Assembly (NCBI GenBank): GCA_041492755.1
Contig: JBGPXN010000053.1
Location: 1-27,442, forward strand
DNA: 27,442 nucleotides
Reading direction: 5' to 3'
Origin: Candidatus Methylomirabilia bacterium
Lineage (GTDB): Bacteria > Methylomirabilota > Methylomirabilia > Rokubacteriales > CSP1-6
Positions 1 to 10,197 of the stretch are shown in pieces. The position numbers were made by a program, and so were the translations under genes. Position 1 is the stretch's first letter. Each line of letters starts with the position of its first letter. The notes beneath the pieces are model-generated. The model was not told the origin of the DNA. It searched no databases and worked only from the letters and a program-made list of their open reading frames with translations.

Positions 1-153
1 ATCCCGATCTCAAGGACAGGTTGCCCACGTGTTACTCACCCGTGCGCCACTAAGACCGCCGGATTATTGCTAACCTGGCGATCCTCGTTCGACTTGCATG
101 TGTTAAGTACGCCGCCAGCGTTCGCTCTGAGCCAGGATCAAACTCGCCATGAA
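1..153 (-). rRNA. rrs: 16S rRNA gene, 5' end (partial, continues beyond left edge)
   Basis: Reverse complement reads ...GAGTTTGATCCTGGCTCAG-AGCGAACGCTGGCGGCGTACTTAACACATGCAAGTCGAACG...GGGTGAGTAACACGTGGG, the universal 16S 5' motifs. The 27F site is at 127-146. The mature 5' end (~153) is estimated from E. coli numbering. Confidence 0.98.
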
Positions 154-283
154 AAAGCGATGAACCTGGTCCTCAAGCTCGAACTTTTCGCTGCTCATTG
201 CTTCACAGTTACTCGGCCGAGCGCAAGGCTCATTAGAACGGATGGTGCTCACACCTCTTCGGTGAGCCGATAGCATATCCAGC

Positions 284-295
284 TTTCAAAGAGCG
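284..295 (-). promoter_or_regulatory. rrn leader boxA antitermination element
   Basis: Minus strand reads CGCTCTTTGAAA, matching the boxA GYTCTTT(G/A)AA consensus, between the promoter and the 16S 5' end. Confidence 0.75.
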
Positions 296-373
296 CTGCG
301 GTCAGCTTGGAAGGTGACCGGACTTGCTGCTTACTTCTAAACTGTCGCCTCAGGTCTGTCGAGGCAAAAACAA

Positions 374-402
374 ACTATACGGATCGCCCCCCACCATGTC
401 AA
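374..402 (-). promoter_or_regulatory. sigma70 promoter of the rRNA operon
   Basis: Minus strand TTGACA (402-397), 17-nt spacer, TATAGT (379-374), upstream of the 16S leader. Confidence 0.9.
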
Positions 403-429
403 GGGTTCGGCGACTTTTCGGCGAGCCCG

Positions 430-1758
430 CTAAGTCCCTGTCCATTTGGCCGATTCGTCGGCCAAGGTCACGACCTGATAACTTTTCTTGCCCCGGCGGA
501 GCACGACGTAGCGCCCATGGAGTACGTCATCCGGCCCGAGCACCGTCGCCGGATCGCGAACTTCCCGGCCGTTGACGTGGATCGCCCCGGTGCTCACGAG
601 CTCGCGCGCCCGGCGCTTAGATTCCGCCAGGGGCGTCCGCGCGACGAGATCCACCAACGCCAAGCCGGGCAGCTCCTGCGGGGTGATCGGCGTGGTCGGG
701 ACGCCGCGGAACGCGTCCTGGAGCTGTGACTCCGTGAGGCCCGCGATTTCACCCGAGAACAGCGCGTCAGTGATCCGCTCCGCCTCCGCCAACTTGTCGG
801 CGCCGTGCACCAAGCGCGTAACCTCGCGCGCGAGCACGCGCTGCGCCTCTCGCTTCTCCGGCGCCCGACGCTTCGCCTCCGCGAGCGCCTCGATCTCTTG
901 CGGCGTCAGGAACGTGAACGACTTCAGATAGGTCACCGTGTCCGCATCCGCGGTGTTGAGCCAGTACTGGTACATCTCGTAGGCGGACGTTCGGGCCGGG
1001 TCGAGCCACACCGTCCCGCTTTCCGTCTTGCCGAACTTGCTCCCATCGCTCTTCGTGACGAGTGGTAGCGTGATCCCATACGCGCTGGTGCCGTCGACGC
1101 GGCGGATCAAGTCGATGCCGGCGGTGATGTTTCCCCATTGATCAGTGCCACCGAGCTGGATCGTGCAGTCGTGACGGCGACGGAGCTCGAGAAAGTCGTA
1201 GGCCTGGAGCACCTGATAGGCGAATTCGGTGAACGAGATCCCCGCCTCGGGACGTCCCAACCGCGCGCGCACCGATTCACGCGCAATCATCGCGCCCACG
1301 CTGAAATGCTTGCCGATGTCGCGCAGGAATGGAATCACCTCGAGCCGCGACAGCCAGTCGTGGTTGTCGGCGAGGATCGCGGCTGAAGCGCCCGCATCGA
1401 AGTCGACGAACCGCGCGGCCTGCCGCTTCAGACGGTCGGCCCAGGTCGCGACGATCTCCGTCGGGTTGAGCTGCCGTTCACCCACCTTGCCGCTGGGGTC
1501 TCCGATCAGACCGGTCCCGCCGCCGATGAGCACGATCGGGCGGTGTCCGGCCAGCTGCAACCGCCGGAGCGTGAGCAGGGGCAGGAGACTCCCGATGTGC
1601 AAGCTGTCCGCGGTCGGATCGAACCCGACGTAGGCCGTCCGGCGCCCGCTCGCCAGGTAAGCGTCGAGCTCGTCGAGCGCGGAGGCGTCGGCCACGAGGT
1701 CTCGCGCGGAGAGATCTCGAAGGAAGGGCGTACGGTACGTCGCGGTCGCGGTGGCCAT
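430..1758 (-). CDS. tyrS: Tyrosine--tRNA ligase
   Basis: YVGFDPTADSLHIGS (HIGH), QLGGTDQWGNI and KFGKT (KMSKS) motifs; C-terminal S4-like domain ending RRGKK. Confidence 0.97.
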   Translation of the reverse strand: MATATATYRTPFLRDLSARDLVADASALDELDAYLASGRRTAYVGFDPTADSLHIGSLLPLLTLRRLQLAGHRPIVLIGGGTGLIGDPSGKVGERQLNPTEIVATWADRLKRQAARFVDFDAGASAAILADNHDWLSRLEVIPFLRDIGKHFSVGAMIARESVRARLGRPEAGISFTEFAYQVLQAYDFLELRRRHDCTIQLGGTDQWGNITAGIDLIRRVDGTSAYGITLPLVTKSDGSKFGKTESGTVWLDPARTSAYEMYQYWLNTADADTVTYLKSFTFLTPQEIEALAEAKRRAPEKREAQRVLAREVTRLVHGADKLAEAERITDALFSGEIAGLTESQLQDAFRGVPTTPITPQELPGLALVDLVARTPLAESKRRARELVSTGAIHVNGREVRDPATVLGPDDVLHGRYVVLRRGKKSYQVVTLADESAKWTGT

Positions 1759-1766
1759 GAGCGGAC

Positions 1767-1831
1767 ATTATCGCACCGCTACGGGCCTCCGCATCACACC
1801 GCCATGCCGAGCCCCGCGTCGCCGTTATAAT
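1767..1831. promoter_or_regulatory. Divergent -10 elements for tyrS (TGcGATAAT, - strand, 1775-1767) and PBP1A (TATAAT, + strand, 1826-1831)
   Basis: Each hexamer ends exactly 8 nt before its ATG. No properly spaced Shine-Dalgarno sequence for either gene. Confidence 0.6.
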
Positions 1832-1839
1832 GCTGGAGT

Positions 1840-4170
1840 ATGCCCTTCAGGAGACGGCGCGCACGGGAATCGGACCCCGCGGAGCGCTCAGGGAAGCGGC
1901 CAGCGCATCCGTGGCTCCGGCGCTTCCTGATCGTGCTGGGTGTCGTCGGCCTGCTCGTCGGCTCGGCGGTCGCGGTGGCCGCCTTGTGGGCGTTCACGAT
2001 CCTGCCCCGCTCGCTGCCGCCGGTCACCGCGCTCGAAAGCTTCCAGCCGATCATCGGCTCCAAGATCTTCGACGACAACGACGAGCTGATCACGGAGCTC
2101 CACGTGGAGCGTCGGATCTTCGTACCCCTCGCCCAAATCCCCCAATCGCTCCGCAACGCGGTCATCGCGACCGAGGACCGCCGCTTCTACTCCCACTGGG
2201 GCGTCGATCCCATCGGGGTTGCCCGTGCCGCCGTACAGAATTACCGGCGCCGCCGGATCAGCGAGGGGGGAAGCACCATCACCCAGCAGCTGACGAAGGT
2301 GCTCTTCCTCACGCCCGACCGCAGCATGGAGCGGAAGCTGAAGGAGGCTGTGCTCGCGCTGGAGCTCGAGCGCCGCTATTCGAAAGACCGGATCCTCGAG
2401 ATGTACCTGAACCAGGTGTACTTCGGGCACGGCGCCTATGGCGTGGAAGCGGCGGCCCGGACGTACTTCGGCAAGTCGGTCTCCGAGCTCAACGTTCGCG
2501 AGTCCGCGCTGATCGCCGGCCTGCCGCGCGCGCCGTCCAACTATTCACCGTTCGACCACCCCGATGCGGCCAAGCTCCGCCGCGAGCTCGTTTTCCGGCG
2601 CATGGTGGAGTTCGGGGCCCTCAAGGATGCCGACGCGAAGCGGCTGACGCGAACCGACCTCGGCCTCATCCCGGCCGAGCGTCGGCGTACCACCGGGCAA
2701 TACTTCCTCGACTACGTGCAGCAGACGCTGGAGGCCAAGTACGGGGCCGACCTCGTCTTCAAGGGTGGACTCCGCGTGTACACCACGCTGAACCCGGCGA
2801 TGCAGCTGCAGGCAGAACGCGCGCTTCGCGAGGGTGTCAAGGCACTCGAGACGCGGACGGCCAACGCCAAGCCCGGAGAGCATCCCGAAGGCGCCATCAT
2901 CACCATCGAGCCGCAGACCGGTTACGTAAAGGCCATGGTGGGCGGCTACGATTTCTTTCGGAGCGAGTTCAACCGCGCCGTGCAGGCCAAGCGGCAACCC
3001 GGCTCCGCGTTCAAGCCGTTCGTCTACATCGCGGCGCTCGAGTCCGGGTTCACCGCGGCCAGCCGCATCGACGACTCGCCGGTGACGTACCCGGTGGGCC
3101 GCGCCGGCAACGCCTGGAAGCCCGAGAACTACGACCGCAAGTTTCGCGGCTCCACCACCCTGCAGCAGGCGCTCGAAGAGTCCGTCAACGTCGTCACGGT
3201 GAAGCTGCAGGAGCGAATCGGCATCAACCGCACGATCCAGGTCGCCCGCCGGCTCGGAGTGTCGAGCCCGCTCAATCTGAATCTGACGCTCGCGCTCGGA
3301 AGCTCCGACCTGACGCTGCTCGAATTGACGTCCGCCTACGGTGTGCTCGCCAACCAGGGCGTGTGGATGGCGCCGAGCACCATCCGTCACGTCACCGACG
3401 CGTACGGCAAGCTGCTGGAGGAGCACGTTCCCGAAGGGAAAGACGCGCTGTCGCCCGAACTCGCCTATCTCGCCACTCACATGCTTCGAGGCGTCGTCGA
3501 GCGCGGGACCGGACAGGCGGCGAAGGCGCTCGGGCGGCCCGTCGCGGCGAAGACCGGGACAACCAACGATTACTCCAACGCGTGGTTCATCGGCTTCACG
3601 CCGCGACTGGCGACCGGGGTATGGGTGGGGTACGACCGCCCGCGCAGCCTCGGGCGTGACGAAACCGGCTCGCGCGTGGCGGTTCCGATCTGGCTCGCCT
3701 ACATGTCGAAGGTCTTGGGCGATACGCCCAAGGAGGACTTCCCGATTCCCGACCGGGTGGTGCTGCTGCCGGTCGATCTCGACCCGTCGAACGAATGTAC
3801 ACGCGCGGTACTGATGGCGTTCGTTCGGGGAACGGAGCCGGCTATGAACTGTGGGCCGCGACGGCAGCAGCCAGTACCCGTCCCCGGCCTGCCGCCAATC
3901 ACGCCCGCGCCGGTGGCGCCGCCGGCATCGGCCGGAGCGCCGCCGGCCGGCGCGATGTCGCCACCAGTCGGCACGGCGCCGCCATCTTTGTCCGCCCCGC
4001 CGCCGGCCCCACCACGTCCAGGCGTGCGGTCGTCCCGCGATCCGTTCGCCGTGCCCGTGCCCGACTCCCAGCCGAGCACGTTTCCGCGCGTGCTGCCGGG
4101 GCCCGCTACGGTCCCGCCTGAACCTTCCGGAGGTCGGCAATCGGCAACAAGAGGTCAGCAATCGCCCTGA
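1840..4170 (+). CDS. mrcA: Class A penicillin-binding protein 1A (transglycosylase/transpeptidase) with Pro-rich C-terminal tail
   Basis: N-terminal TM anchor; GT51 motifs EDRRFYSHWGVD, GGSTITQQL, RKLKE, LEMYLN; transpeptidase SAFK, SVN and KTG motifs. Confidence 0.95.
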   Translation: MPFRRRRARESDPAERSGKRPAHPWLRRFLIVLGVVGLLVGSAVAVAALWAFTILPRSLPPVTALESFQPIIGSKIFDDNDELITELHVERRIFVPLAQIPQSLRNAVIATEDRRFYSHWGVDPIGVARAAVQNYRRRRISEGGSTITQQLTKVLFLTPDRSMERKLKEAVLALELERRYSKDRILEMYLNQVYFGHGAYGVEAAARTYFGKSVSELNVRESALIAGLPRAPSNYSPFDHPDAAKLRRELVFRRMVEFGALKDADAKRLTRTDLGLIPAERRRTTGQYFLDYVQQTLEAKYGADLVFKGGLRVYTTLNPAMQLQAERALREGVKALETRTANAKPGEHPEGAIITIEPQTGYVKAMVGGYDFFRSEFNRAVQAKRQPGSAFKPFVYIAALESGFTAASRIDDSPVTYPVGRAGNAWKPENYDRKFRGSTTLQQALEESVNVVTVKLQERIGINRTIQVARRLGVSSPLNLNLTLALGSSDLTLLELTSAYGVLANQGVWMAPSTIRHVTDAYGKLLEEHVPEGKDALSPELAYLATHMLRGVVERGTGQAAKALGRPVAAKTGTTNDYSNAWFIGFTPRLATGVWVGYDRPRSLGRDETGSRVAVPIWLAYMSKVLGDTPKEDFPIPDRVVLLPVDLDPSNECTRAVLMAFVRGTEPAMNCGPRRQQPVPVPGLPPITPAPVAPPASAGAPPAGAMSPPVGTAPPSLSAPPPAPPRPGVRSSRDPFAVPVPDSQPSTFPRVLPGPATVPPEPSGGRQSATRGQQSP

Positions 4171-6187
4171 GCAGGCCGAGCCGGTTGTCCTGAACGGCGG
4201 CGTCCTTGTCCATGACCATGACCGCGTCGAAGAAGTGATCCACGACCGGCCGCAAACCCGCCAGCAGCGTCAGCGCTCTTTCGTAGTCACCGGAGTCGAC
4301 CGCCGCCCGTACGTCGGGTCCGACCCTCGCCGTTTCTTCGTAGAGCCGGCGCTCGGCGTCGTCGACGAATCGATCGGGCGCGACGGGCGGTAACGTGCGC
4401 GGGGGCAGGATGTTGATCGTGCGCTTGAAGGTCACCACCAGCGGCTCCCAGTCGGCGCGCCGCAGCAGCGCCGTCAAGGCCTCCACGCAACGCAAGACGG
4501 CGGTCGGGTCGTCGAAGCCACTGGCGACAACCGCGTCGACGACGTCGGCCCGATAGCCGCGGCCCACGAGGATCGTCGCGAGCCGGCCGCGGAAGAACTC
4601 CACGACGCGCTCGCGCACCCGCTCGGCCGGCTCCGTGAGCTTGGGGGCCAGGAGATCCAACGCCCGCTGGACGGCGGCGTCGAGTGACAGGCGCAGTTGC
4701 TCGCCGAACGCCAGGGCGATCTGAATCACCCCCTGCGCTTGTCGGCGGAGGGCGTAGGGATCCTGCGAGCCCGACGGGACGAGCCCGACGCCGATGATGC
4801 CCACGATCGTATCGAGCTTGTCGGCAATCGACAGGAGCGCGCCTTCGAGCGAGCCCGGTGGCTCGTCGTCGGCGAACCGTGGCCGGTAGTGCTCGTGGAT
4901 CGCGCGCGACACGGCGGCGGGCTCGCCGTCGTGCCGGCTGTACGTGGCGCCCACCACGCCCTGCAGCTCCGGAAACTCGCGGACCATGCCCGAGGCGAGG
5001 TCGCACTTGCACAGCAGCGCGGCCCGTCGAAGCTCGGCGCCCTGCACGGTCGGCGCCATGACCGCGAGGTAGTCCACGAGCACCACGAGCCGGTCGGTCT
5101 TCTCCTTCAGCGTCCCCAGCCGCTCCTGGAAGATCATGCTCTGCAGCAACGGTAGACGGTCTTCCAGCCGGACCTTCCGGTCCTCGTCGAAGTAGAACTT
5201 CGCGTCGGCGAGACGCGCCTTCACGACCCGCTCGTAGCCGCGCCGGACGTTGGCCGAATCGATGCCCGGCATGTTCGAGACGCCGATGAACGCCGCCGTC
5301 AGCGTGTCCGACTTCACGTCGTGCAGGACGAACGACTTCTGGTGGTATCGGATCGGCGTTTCGATGACCTCGGGCGGCAGACCGAGGTACTCGTCGGGGA
5401 ACGTGCCGACGACAGCGGCAGCACTCTCGACCAGGTGAACGACCGTTTCCAGGGTCGCGGGATCGATGAGGGCCCGATGGCCAAGCGCTTTGGCCGCCGC
5501 CTCGACCTTCTCACGAACATCCTGACGACGTTTGTCCACGTCGACGCCGACGCCCGCCGCCTCCAGCCGCTCGACGTACTCCTTGGGGTGCCGGAGGGAC
5601 AGCGGCTGCGGATGCAAGAAACGATGCCCGTACGTCACGCGCCCGGCGGCCACCCCGGCGAACGTCACGGGCAGGATCTCGCCATCCAGCAACGCGACCA
5701 GCCAGCGCACGGGACGGGAGAACCTGAATTCTCCGTCGCCCCACCGCATCTGCCTTTCGAACGGGAGCGACGCGACGGCGGCGGTGAGCAGATCAGGGAG
5801 CAGCTCGGCCGCCGACCGCCCCGGTTCCTCCTTGTCGACGGCGACGTACTCACCGCGATCGGTGTCGATCGTCCGCAGCTGATCCAGCGCGACGCCCTGC
5901 GACCGTGCAAACCCTTCGGCGGCCTTCGTCGGCTTGCCCGCCGCGTCGAACGCGCCCTTCCTGGGCGGTCCCGTCACCGTCGTGCGCCGGGCTTGCTGCC
6001 GCTCGGCGAGGCCGGTCACCAGCAGGGCGAGCCGGCGCGGCGTCGAGTAGACCTCCAGCGCTTCGAATCCAAGCCGCGCGTCGGCGAGCGCGCGCGCAGC
6101 GTGTTCCCGCAACGCAGGCAGGACCGTGGGCAGCTCGGACGGCGGCAGCTCTTCCGTGCCGAGTTCGAACAGCAACGCGTGGCTCAC
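4106..6187 (-). CDS. glyS: Glycine--tRNA ligase beta subunit
   Basis: [39 protein letters not shown]-terminal DALR-like NRLGLL. Start moved to GTG 6187, which overlaps the glyQ stop (GTGA). Confidence 0.96.
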   Translation of the reverse strand: MSHALLFELGTEELPPSELPTVLPALREHAARALADARLGFEALEVYSTPRRLALLVTGLAERQQARRTTVTGPPRKGAFDAAGKPTKAAEGFARSQGVALDQLRTIDTDRGEYVAVDKEEPGRSAAELLPDLLTAAVASLPFERQMRWGDGEFRFSRPVRWLVALLDGEILPVTFAGVAAGRVTYGHRFLHPQPLSLRHPKEYVERLEAAGVGVDVDKRRQDVREKVEAAAKALGHRALIDPATLETVVHLVESAAAVVGTFPDEYLGLPPEVIETPIRYHQKSFVLHDVKSDTLTAAFIGVSNMPGIDSANVRRGYERVVKARLADAKFYFDEDRKVRLEDRLPLLQSMIFQERLGTLKEKTDRLVVLVDYLAVMAPTVQGAELRRAALLCKCDLASGMVREFPELQGVVGATYSRHDGEPAAVSRAIHEHYRPRFADDEPPGSLEGALLSIADKLDTIVGIIGVGLVPSGSQDPYALRRQAQGVIQIALAFGEQLRLSLDAAVQRALDLLAPKLTEPAERVRERVVEFFRGRLATILVGRGYRADVVDAVVASGFDDPTAVLRCVEALTALLRRADWEPLVVTFKRTINILPPRTLPPVAPDRFVDDAERRLYEETARVGPDVRAAVDSGDYERALTLLAGLRPVVDHFFDAVMVMDKDAAVQDNRLGLLRAIADLLLPIADLRKVQAGP

Positions 6188-7068
6188 GCCCGGGCTCCGG
6201 CGGCCGCGAGCAGCGGAAAGCCCAGCGCCTCGCGTTGCTGGAGGTAGCGCTCGGCCACCTGGCGCGCAAGGCCGCGCAACCGTCCAAGATAGGACGCTCG
6301 CTCGGTGACGCTCACCGCGCCCCGCGCGTCCAGCACGTTGAAGACGTGGGAGCACTTGAGCACGTAGTCGTAGGCGGGGCGGACGAGCCCGCGACCGAGG
6401 AGGCGGCGGGCCTCCTCTTCGTACATCCGGAAGAGCTGCAGATGCGTGTCCCGATCGGCCGCCTCGAAGTTGAACTTCGAGAACTCGATCTCATCCTGGT
6501 GGTGGACGTGGCCGTACGTCACGCCGGGCGCCCACACCAGGTCGTACACCGACTCGACGTTCTGGAGATACGTCGTGATCCGCTCCAGGCCGTACGTGAT
6601 CTCCGCCGATACCGGCTTGAGGTCGATCCCGCCCGCCTGCTGGAGATACGTGAACTGCGACACCTCCTGACCGTCGAGCCACACCTCCCAGCCGAGACCC
6701 CACGCCCCGAGGCTTGGGGACTCCCAGTCGTCCTCCACGAAGCGAATGTCGTGCTGGAGGGGGTCGATGCCCAGCGCTTCGAGGCTCTTCAAGTAGAGCT
6801 CCTGCACGTCCGGCGGCGAGGGCTTCAGGATGACCTGGAACTGATAATAGTGCTGCAGGCGGTTCGGGTTCTCGCCGTAGCGCCCGTCGGTCGGCCGCCG
6901 CGACGGCTCGACGTACGCCACCCGCCAGGGCTCGGGTCCGAGCACGCGAAGGAACGTCGCGGGGTGCATCGTGCCCGCGCCCTTCTCGAGGTCGTACGGC
7001 TGCTCGATCAGGCAGCCGTGCCCGGCCCAGTAGCGCTGCAGGGTGAGGATGACGTCCTGGAAAGTCAT
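6184..7068 (-). CDS. glyQ: Glycine--tRNA ligase alpha subunit
   Basis: MTFQDVIL start, [41 protein letters not shown] 7068 overlaps the recO stop (ATGA). Confidence 0.97.
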   Translation of the reverse strand: MTFQDVILTLQRYWAGHGCLIEQPYDLEKGAGTMHPATFLRVLGPEPWRVAYVEPSRRPTDGRYGENPNRLQHYYQFQVILKPSPPDVQELYLKSLEALGIDPLQHDIRFVEDDWESPSLGAWGLGWEVWLDGQEVSQFTYLQQAGGIDLKPVSAEITYGLERITTYLQNVESVYDLVWAPGVTYGHVHHQDEIEFSKFNFEAADRDTHLQLFRMYEEEARRLLGRGLVRPAYDYVLKCSHVFNVLDARGAVSVTERASYLGRLRGLARQVAERYLQQREALGFPLLAAAGARA

Positions 7069-7844
7069 GGCGCGTTCCCCGGCAAGGCCGACAGGCGCTC
7101 CACCTCGCGCACGAAGCGCGTCGTGCGCGGCGGATGCCCGATCAAATGCGTGACGTGGGCGTCCAGGATCGCCCGGAGCTCCGACTCCGCGTGACCGAAG
7201 GGCGCGGCAATCGCTTCCGTCCACGCCATCCCGCGCAGCCGGCGGAGCGCGTCGACGGTACTGGCGCCGACGTCCACGACGTCGACGCCGCGCGCACAGC
7301 TCGCGCACACGAGCCCGCCACCCTCCAGATCGATGGCGACACGGCCGGGCTGGGAGCTCCGGCGCCGCCCACAGCCCATGCAGACGTCGATGCGCAACCG
7401 GTGCCCGAGCGCGTCGATGCTGCGAAAGCCGAAGACGAGCGCGAGGCGGCGCGGCGCGTGTCCGGCCTCGATGCCGGCCAGCGCGCGGACCACGAGCCCG
7501 TAGAGCACGGGACTGGGGTCACGCTCGGCGGTGAGACGGGTCAAACACTCGGCGATCCAGGCCGCCTGGCCGAGGCGCTCCAGATCGTCGCGAGCCCGCG
7601 CGAAGGGCCGCACGATGTCGAAGTGGTCCACCTGCACGAGCTCGCTCCGTCCGTTGTCGAAGAACACGAGCTCGCCCAGCGTCAGCAGCTCGAGCGCGCC
7701 CCCGAAGCGGGAGCGCAGGCGGCGCGCGCCCTTGGCGACGCCGCGCACCTTTCCGCAGTGACGGCTGAAGAACGTGACGACGCGGTCGCTCTCCCCCAGC
7801 GGGAAGCTCCCGAGCACGACGGCGGACGTCCTGGTGACGGCCAT
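7065..7844 (-). CDS. recO: DNA repair protein RecO
   Basis: [28 protein letters not shown]-fold start; CxxC...CxxC zinc motif; canonical era-recO-glyQ context. Confidence 0.93.
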   Translation of the reverse strand: MAVTRTSAVVLGSFPLGESDRVVTFFSRHCGKVRGVAKGARRLRSRFGGALELLTLGELVFFDNGRSELVQVDHFDIVRPFARARDDLERLGQAAWIAECLTRLTAERDPSPVLYGLVVRALAGIEAGHAPRRLALVFGFRSIDALGHRLRIDVCMGCGRRRSSQPGRVAIDLEGGGLVCASCARGVDVVDVGASTVDALRRLRGMAWTEAIAAPFGHAESELRAILDAHVTHLIGHPPRTTRFVREVERLSALPGNAP

Positions 7845-7847
7845 GGG

Positions 7848-8741
7848 TCAGGAGGTCAGCCGGAACCCGAACTCGCGCAGCGCGCGCTCGTCCTTCCGCC
7901 AGTCGCGCCGGACCTGGACGGTCAGGCCGAGGAACACGGAGATCCCGAAGAACGTTTCGAGCTCGTGCCGGGCCGCGGTCCCGATCTTCTTGAGCATCGA
8001 GCCGCCGCGGCCGATGAGAATGCCCTTCTGCGAGTCACGCTCGACGAACACGGTCGCCCGGATGTCGAGCCGCTGAGGCTGCCGCCGCTCCGTGAGCTCC
8101 TCCACCCGCACCGCCACCGCGTACGGCACCTCTTCGTGGGTGTGGAGGAACACCTTCTCCCGGACCACCTCCGCCACGTAGAGCGTCTCGGGCTGGTCGG
8201 TGGTGACGTCCGTCGGAAAGAACGCGGGATGCTCCGGCATCGCCGCGGCGATGAGGCCCAGCAGCCGGTCGCAGTTCGTCCCGTCGAGGGCGGAGACGGG
8301 CAACAGCTCGCGAAACTCGTGGGCCTGCCGCCAGCCGTCGAGGAGCGGGAGAATCCGCGATCGGGGGCGGACGACGTCGACCTTGTTCACGAGGCAAAAC
8401 GCGGGGCAGCCGGCGGCGCGGAGCAGCTCGAGCGCCATCGCATCCGGCTCGGGCCGGCCGGTCGCATCCACCACCAGGCAAGCGAGATCGACGCCCTCGA
8501 GCGCGCGCTCCGCGGTCTTGCGCATGAAGTCGCCGAGCTTGCCGCCGCCGGGGTGCAGTCCCGGCGTGTCGACGAACACGATCTGGACGCCGGGGACGTT
8601 GCGGATGCCGGTGATACGGTTGCGCGTCGTCTGCGGACGCGGCGACACGATGGCCAGCTTCTCGCCCACGAGCCGGTTGAGCAAGGTGGACTTGCCCGAG
8701 TTGGGGCGGCCGATCAGCGCGACGAAGCCGGCGCGCATCAT
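7848..8741 (-). CDS. era: GTPase Era
   Basis: GRPNSGKSTL, PQTTR, DTPG, NKVD, KH domain SQKGILIG. Start placed at ATG 8741, overlapping the ybeY stop. Confidence 0.96.
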   Translation of the reverse strand: MMRAGFVALIGRPNSGKSTLLNRLVGEKLAIVSPRPQTTRNRITGIRNVPGVQIVFVDTPGLHPGGGKLGDFMRKTAERALEGVDLACLVVDATGRPEPDAMALELLRAAGCPAFCLVNKVDVVRPRSRILPLLDGWRQAHEFRELLPVSALDGTNCDRLLGLIAAAMPEHPAFFPTDVTTDQPETLYVAEVVREKVFLHTHEEVPYAVAVRVEELTERRQPQRLDIRATVFVERDSQKGILIGRGGSMLKKIGTAARHELETFFGISVFLGLTVQVRRDWRKDERALREFGFRLTS

Positions 8742-9199
8742 CGGTGCAACAGTCCCCTCCACAACCGTCCGGGAAGCGGCCCGCCGTCCGCGAGGATGTC
8801 CCGCTCCCGCGCGTGCATGAGCGCCGCCTCGGCCGGATCGCGGTCGTCGTACCCGACGAGGTGCAGGATGCCGTGGGTCACGAGCAGGTCCAGCTCGAGC
8901 GCGGTCGGAACGCCGACCCGGCGGGCCTGGCGCTCGGCGGTCGGGGCGGAAATCACCACCTGTCCCACGACTCCCCCTGCCGCCTCCGCCATCTCCAGCG
9001 GAAACGCGAGCACGTCGGTACGGCGCGCGACCCCTCGGAAGCTCCGATTCAGCGTCCGAATTTCGGCATCGTCGACGATGGCGATGTCCACCACCCCCGC
9101 GGGCCGGCCCAGCGCCGTAAGCGCGCGCTCAGCCGCGCGCGCCAAACGCCGTGGCGACACCCGGACCGCGCGCTGGCGATCGTCGACGGCGGCGGCCAC
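8738..9199 (-). CDS. ybeY: rRNA maturation endoribonuclease YbeY
   Basis: LNRSFRG..TDVLAF and HGILHLVGYD motifs (third His of HxxxHxxGxxH is replaced by D); phoH-ybeY-era context. Confidence 0.9.
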   Translation of the reverse strand: MAAAVDDRQRAVRVSPRRLARAAERALTALGRPAGVVDIAIVDDAEIRTLNRSFRGVARRTDVLAFPLEMAEAAGGVVGQVVISAPTAERQARRVGVPTALELDLLVTHGILHLVGYDDRDPAEAALMHARERDILADGGPLPGRLWRGLLHR

Positions 9200-10197
9200 T
9201 ACACGGAGCCGGAGGAAGCCTCGGAAACTCGCGGGGCGGCGTGGGCGTCGTAGGCACGGATGATCGAGGACACCAGCCGATGCCGGACGACGTCCTGGTC
9301 GTCGAAGTACACGAAGCGGACGTCGGCGACATCTTTGAGGATCTTCTGGACTTCGATGAGACCCGAGCCGCGGGACGCGGGCAGGTCGACCTGCGTGACG
9401 TCCCCCGTGATGACCATCTTGGAGTTGAACCCCAGGCGCGTGAGGAACATCTTCATCTGCTCGCTGGTGCTGTTCTGCGCCTCGTCCAGGATGATGAAGG
9501 AGTCGTTGAGCGTCCGGCCACGCATGTAGGCCAATGGCGCGATCTCGATGGCGCCCTTCTCGGTCAGGCTCGCCACTTTCTCCGCCTCCAGCATGTCGTA
9601 GAGCGCATCGTAGAGCGGTCTCAGATAAGGATGCACCTTCTCGTAGAGATCGCCGGGCAGGAAGCCGAGGCGCTCGCCCGCTTCGACGGCGGGTCGGGTC
9701 AGCACGATCCGCGCGACCTCCCGCCTCATGAGCGCGTTCACCGCCATCGCGACGGCCAGGAACGACTTGCCGGTGCCGGCCGGGCCGATGGCGAAGACCA
9801 TGTCACAGTTCCGGATGGCGTCCACGTACCGCTTCTGACCGAGGGTCTTGGGCGCGATCCACTTCTTGCGCGACGGGACCGGGATGGCGTCGGCGAACAC
9901 CGACTTGAGATCGGCCGCCTCGTCGTCGGACAGCATCCGGAGCGCGGCCCGAACCTCGCCCGCGCGCAGGGGCGCGCCGGCACGCACGAGCTCCGCGAGC
10001 TGCACGAGCGCCCGCTCTCCCTTCCGGACCTGGTCCTCCGGCCCCTCGAGGAGCACGTCGTGCCCGCGCGCGACGATGCGGATGTCGAGCTCGGATTCGA
10101 GGGTACGAAGGTGATCGTCGTTGCGTCCGAGGAGGTGGCCGAGATCGACGTCCGGCGCCAGCGAGATGCGGCGGGTGATGGTCGCGGCTTCGCTCAC
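9199..10197 (-). CDS. phoH: PhoH family ATPase (YbeZ-like)
   Basis: GPAGTGKS, RPAVEAGERLGFLPGD, AYMRGRTL, DEAQN, DVVRHRLV. GTG start overlaps the aspS stop. Confidence 0.95.
   Translation of the reverse strand: MSEAATITRRISLAPDVDLGHLLGRNDDHLRTLESELDIRIVARGHDVLLEGPEDQVRKGERALVQLAELVRAGAPLRAGEVRAALRMLSDDEAADLKSVFADAIPVPSRKKWIAPKTLGQKRYVDAIRNCDMVFAIGPAGTGKSFLAVAMAVNALMRREVARIVLTRPAVEAGERLGFLPGDLYEKVHPYLRPLYDALYDMLEAEKVASLTEKGAIEIAPLAYMRGRTLNDSFIILDEAQNSTSEQMKMFLTRLGFNSKMVITGDVTQVDLPASRGSGLIEVQKILKDVADVRFVYFDDQDVVRHRLVSSIIRAYDAHAAPRVSEASSGSV

Noticed and set aside
67..729. Plus-strand ORFs over the rRNA, its leader and the tyrS end
   Set aside because: Antisense to 16S and tyrS; a common spurious call.
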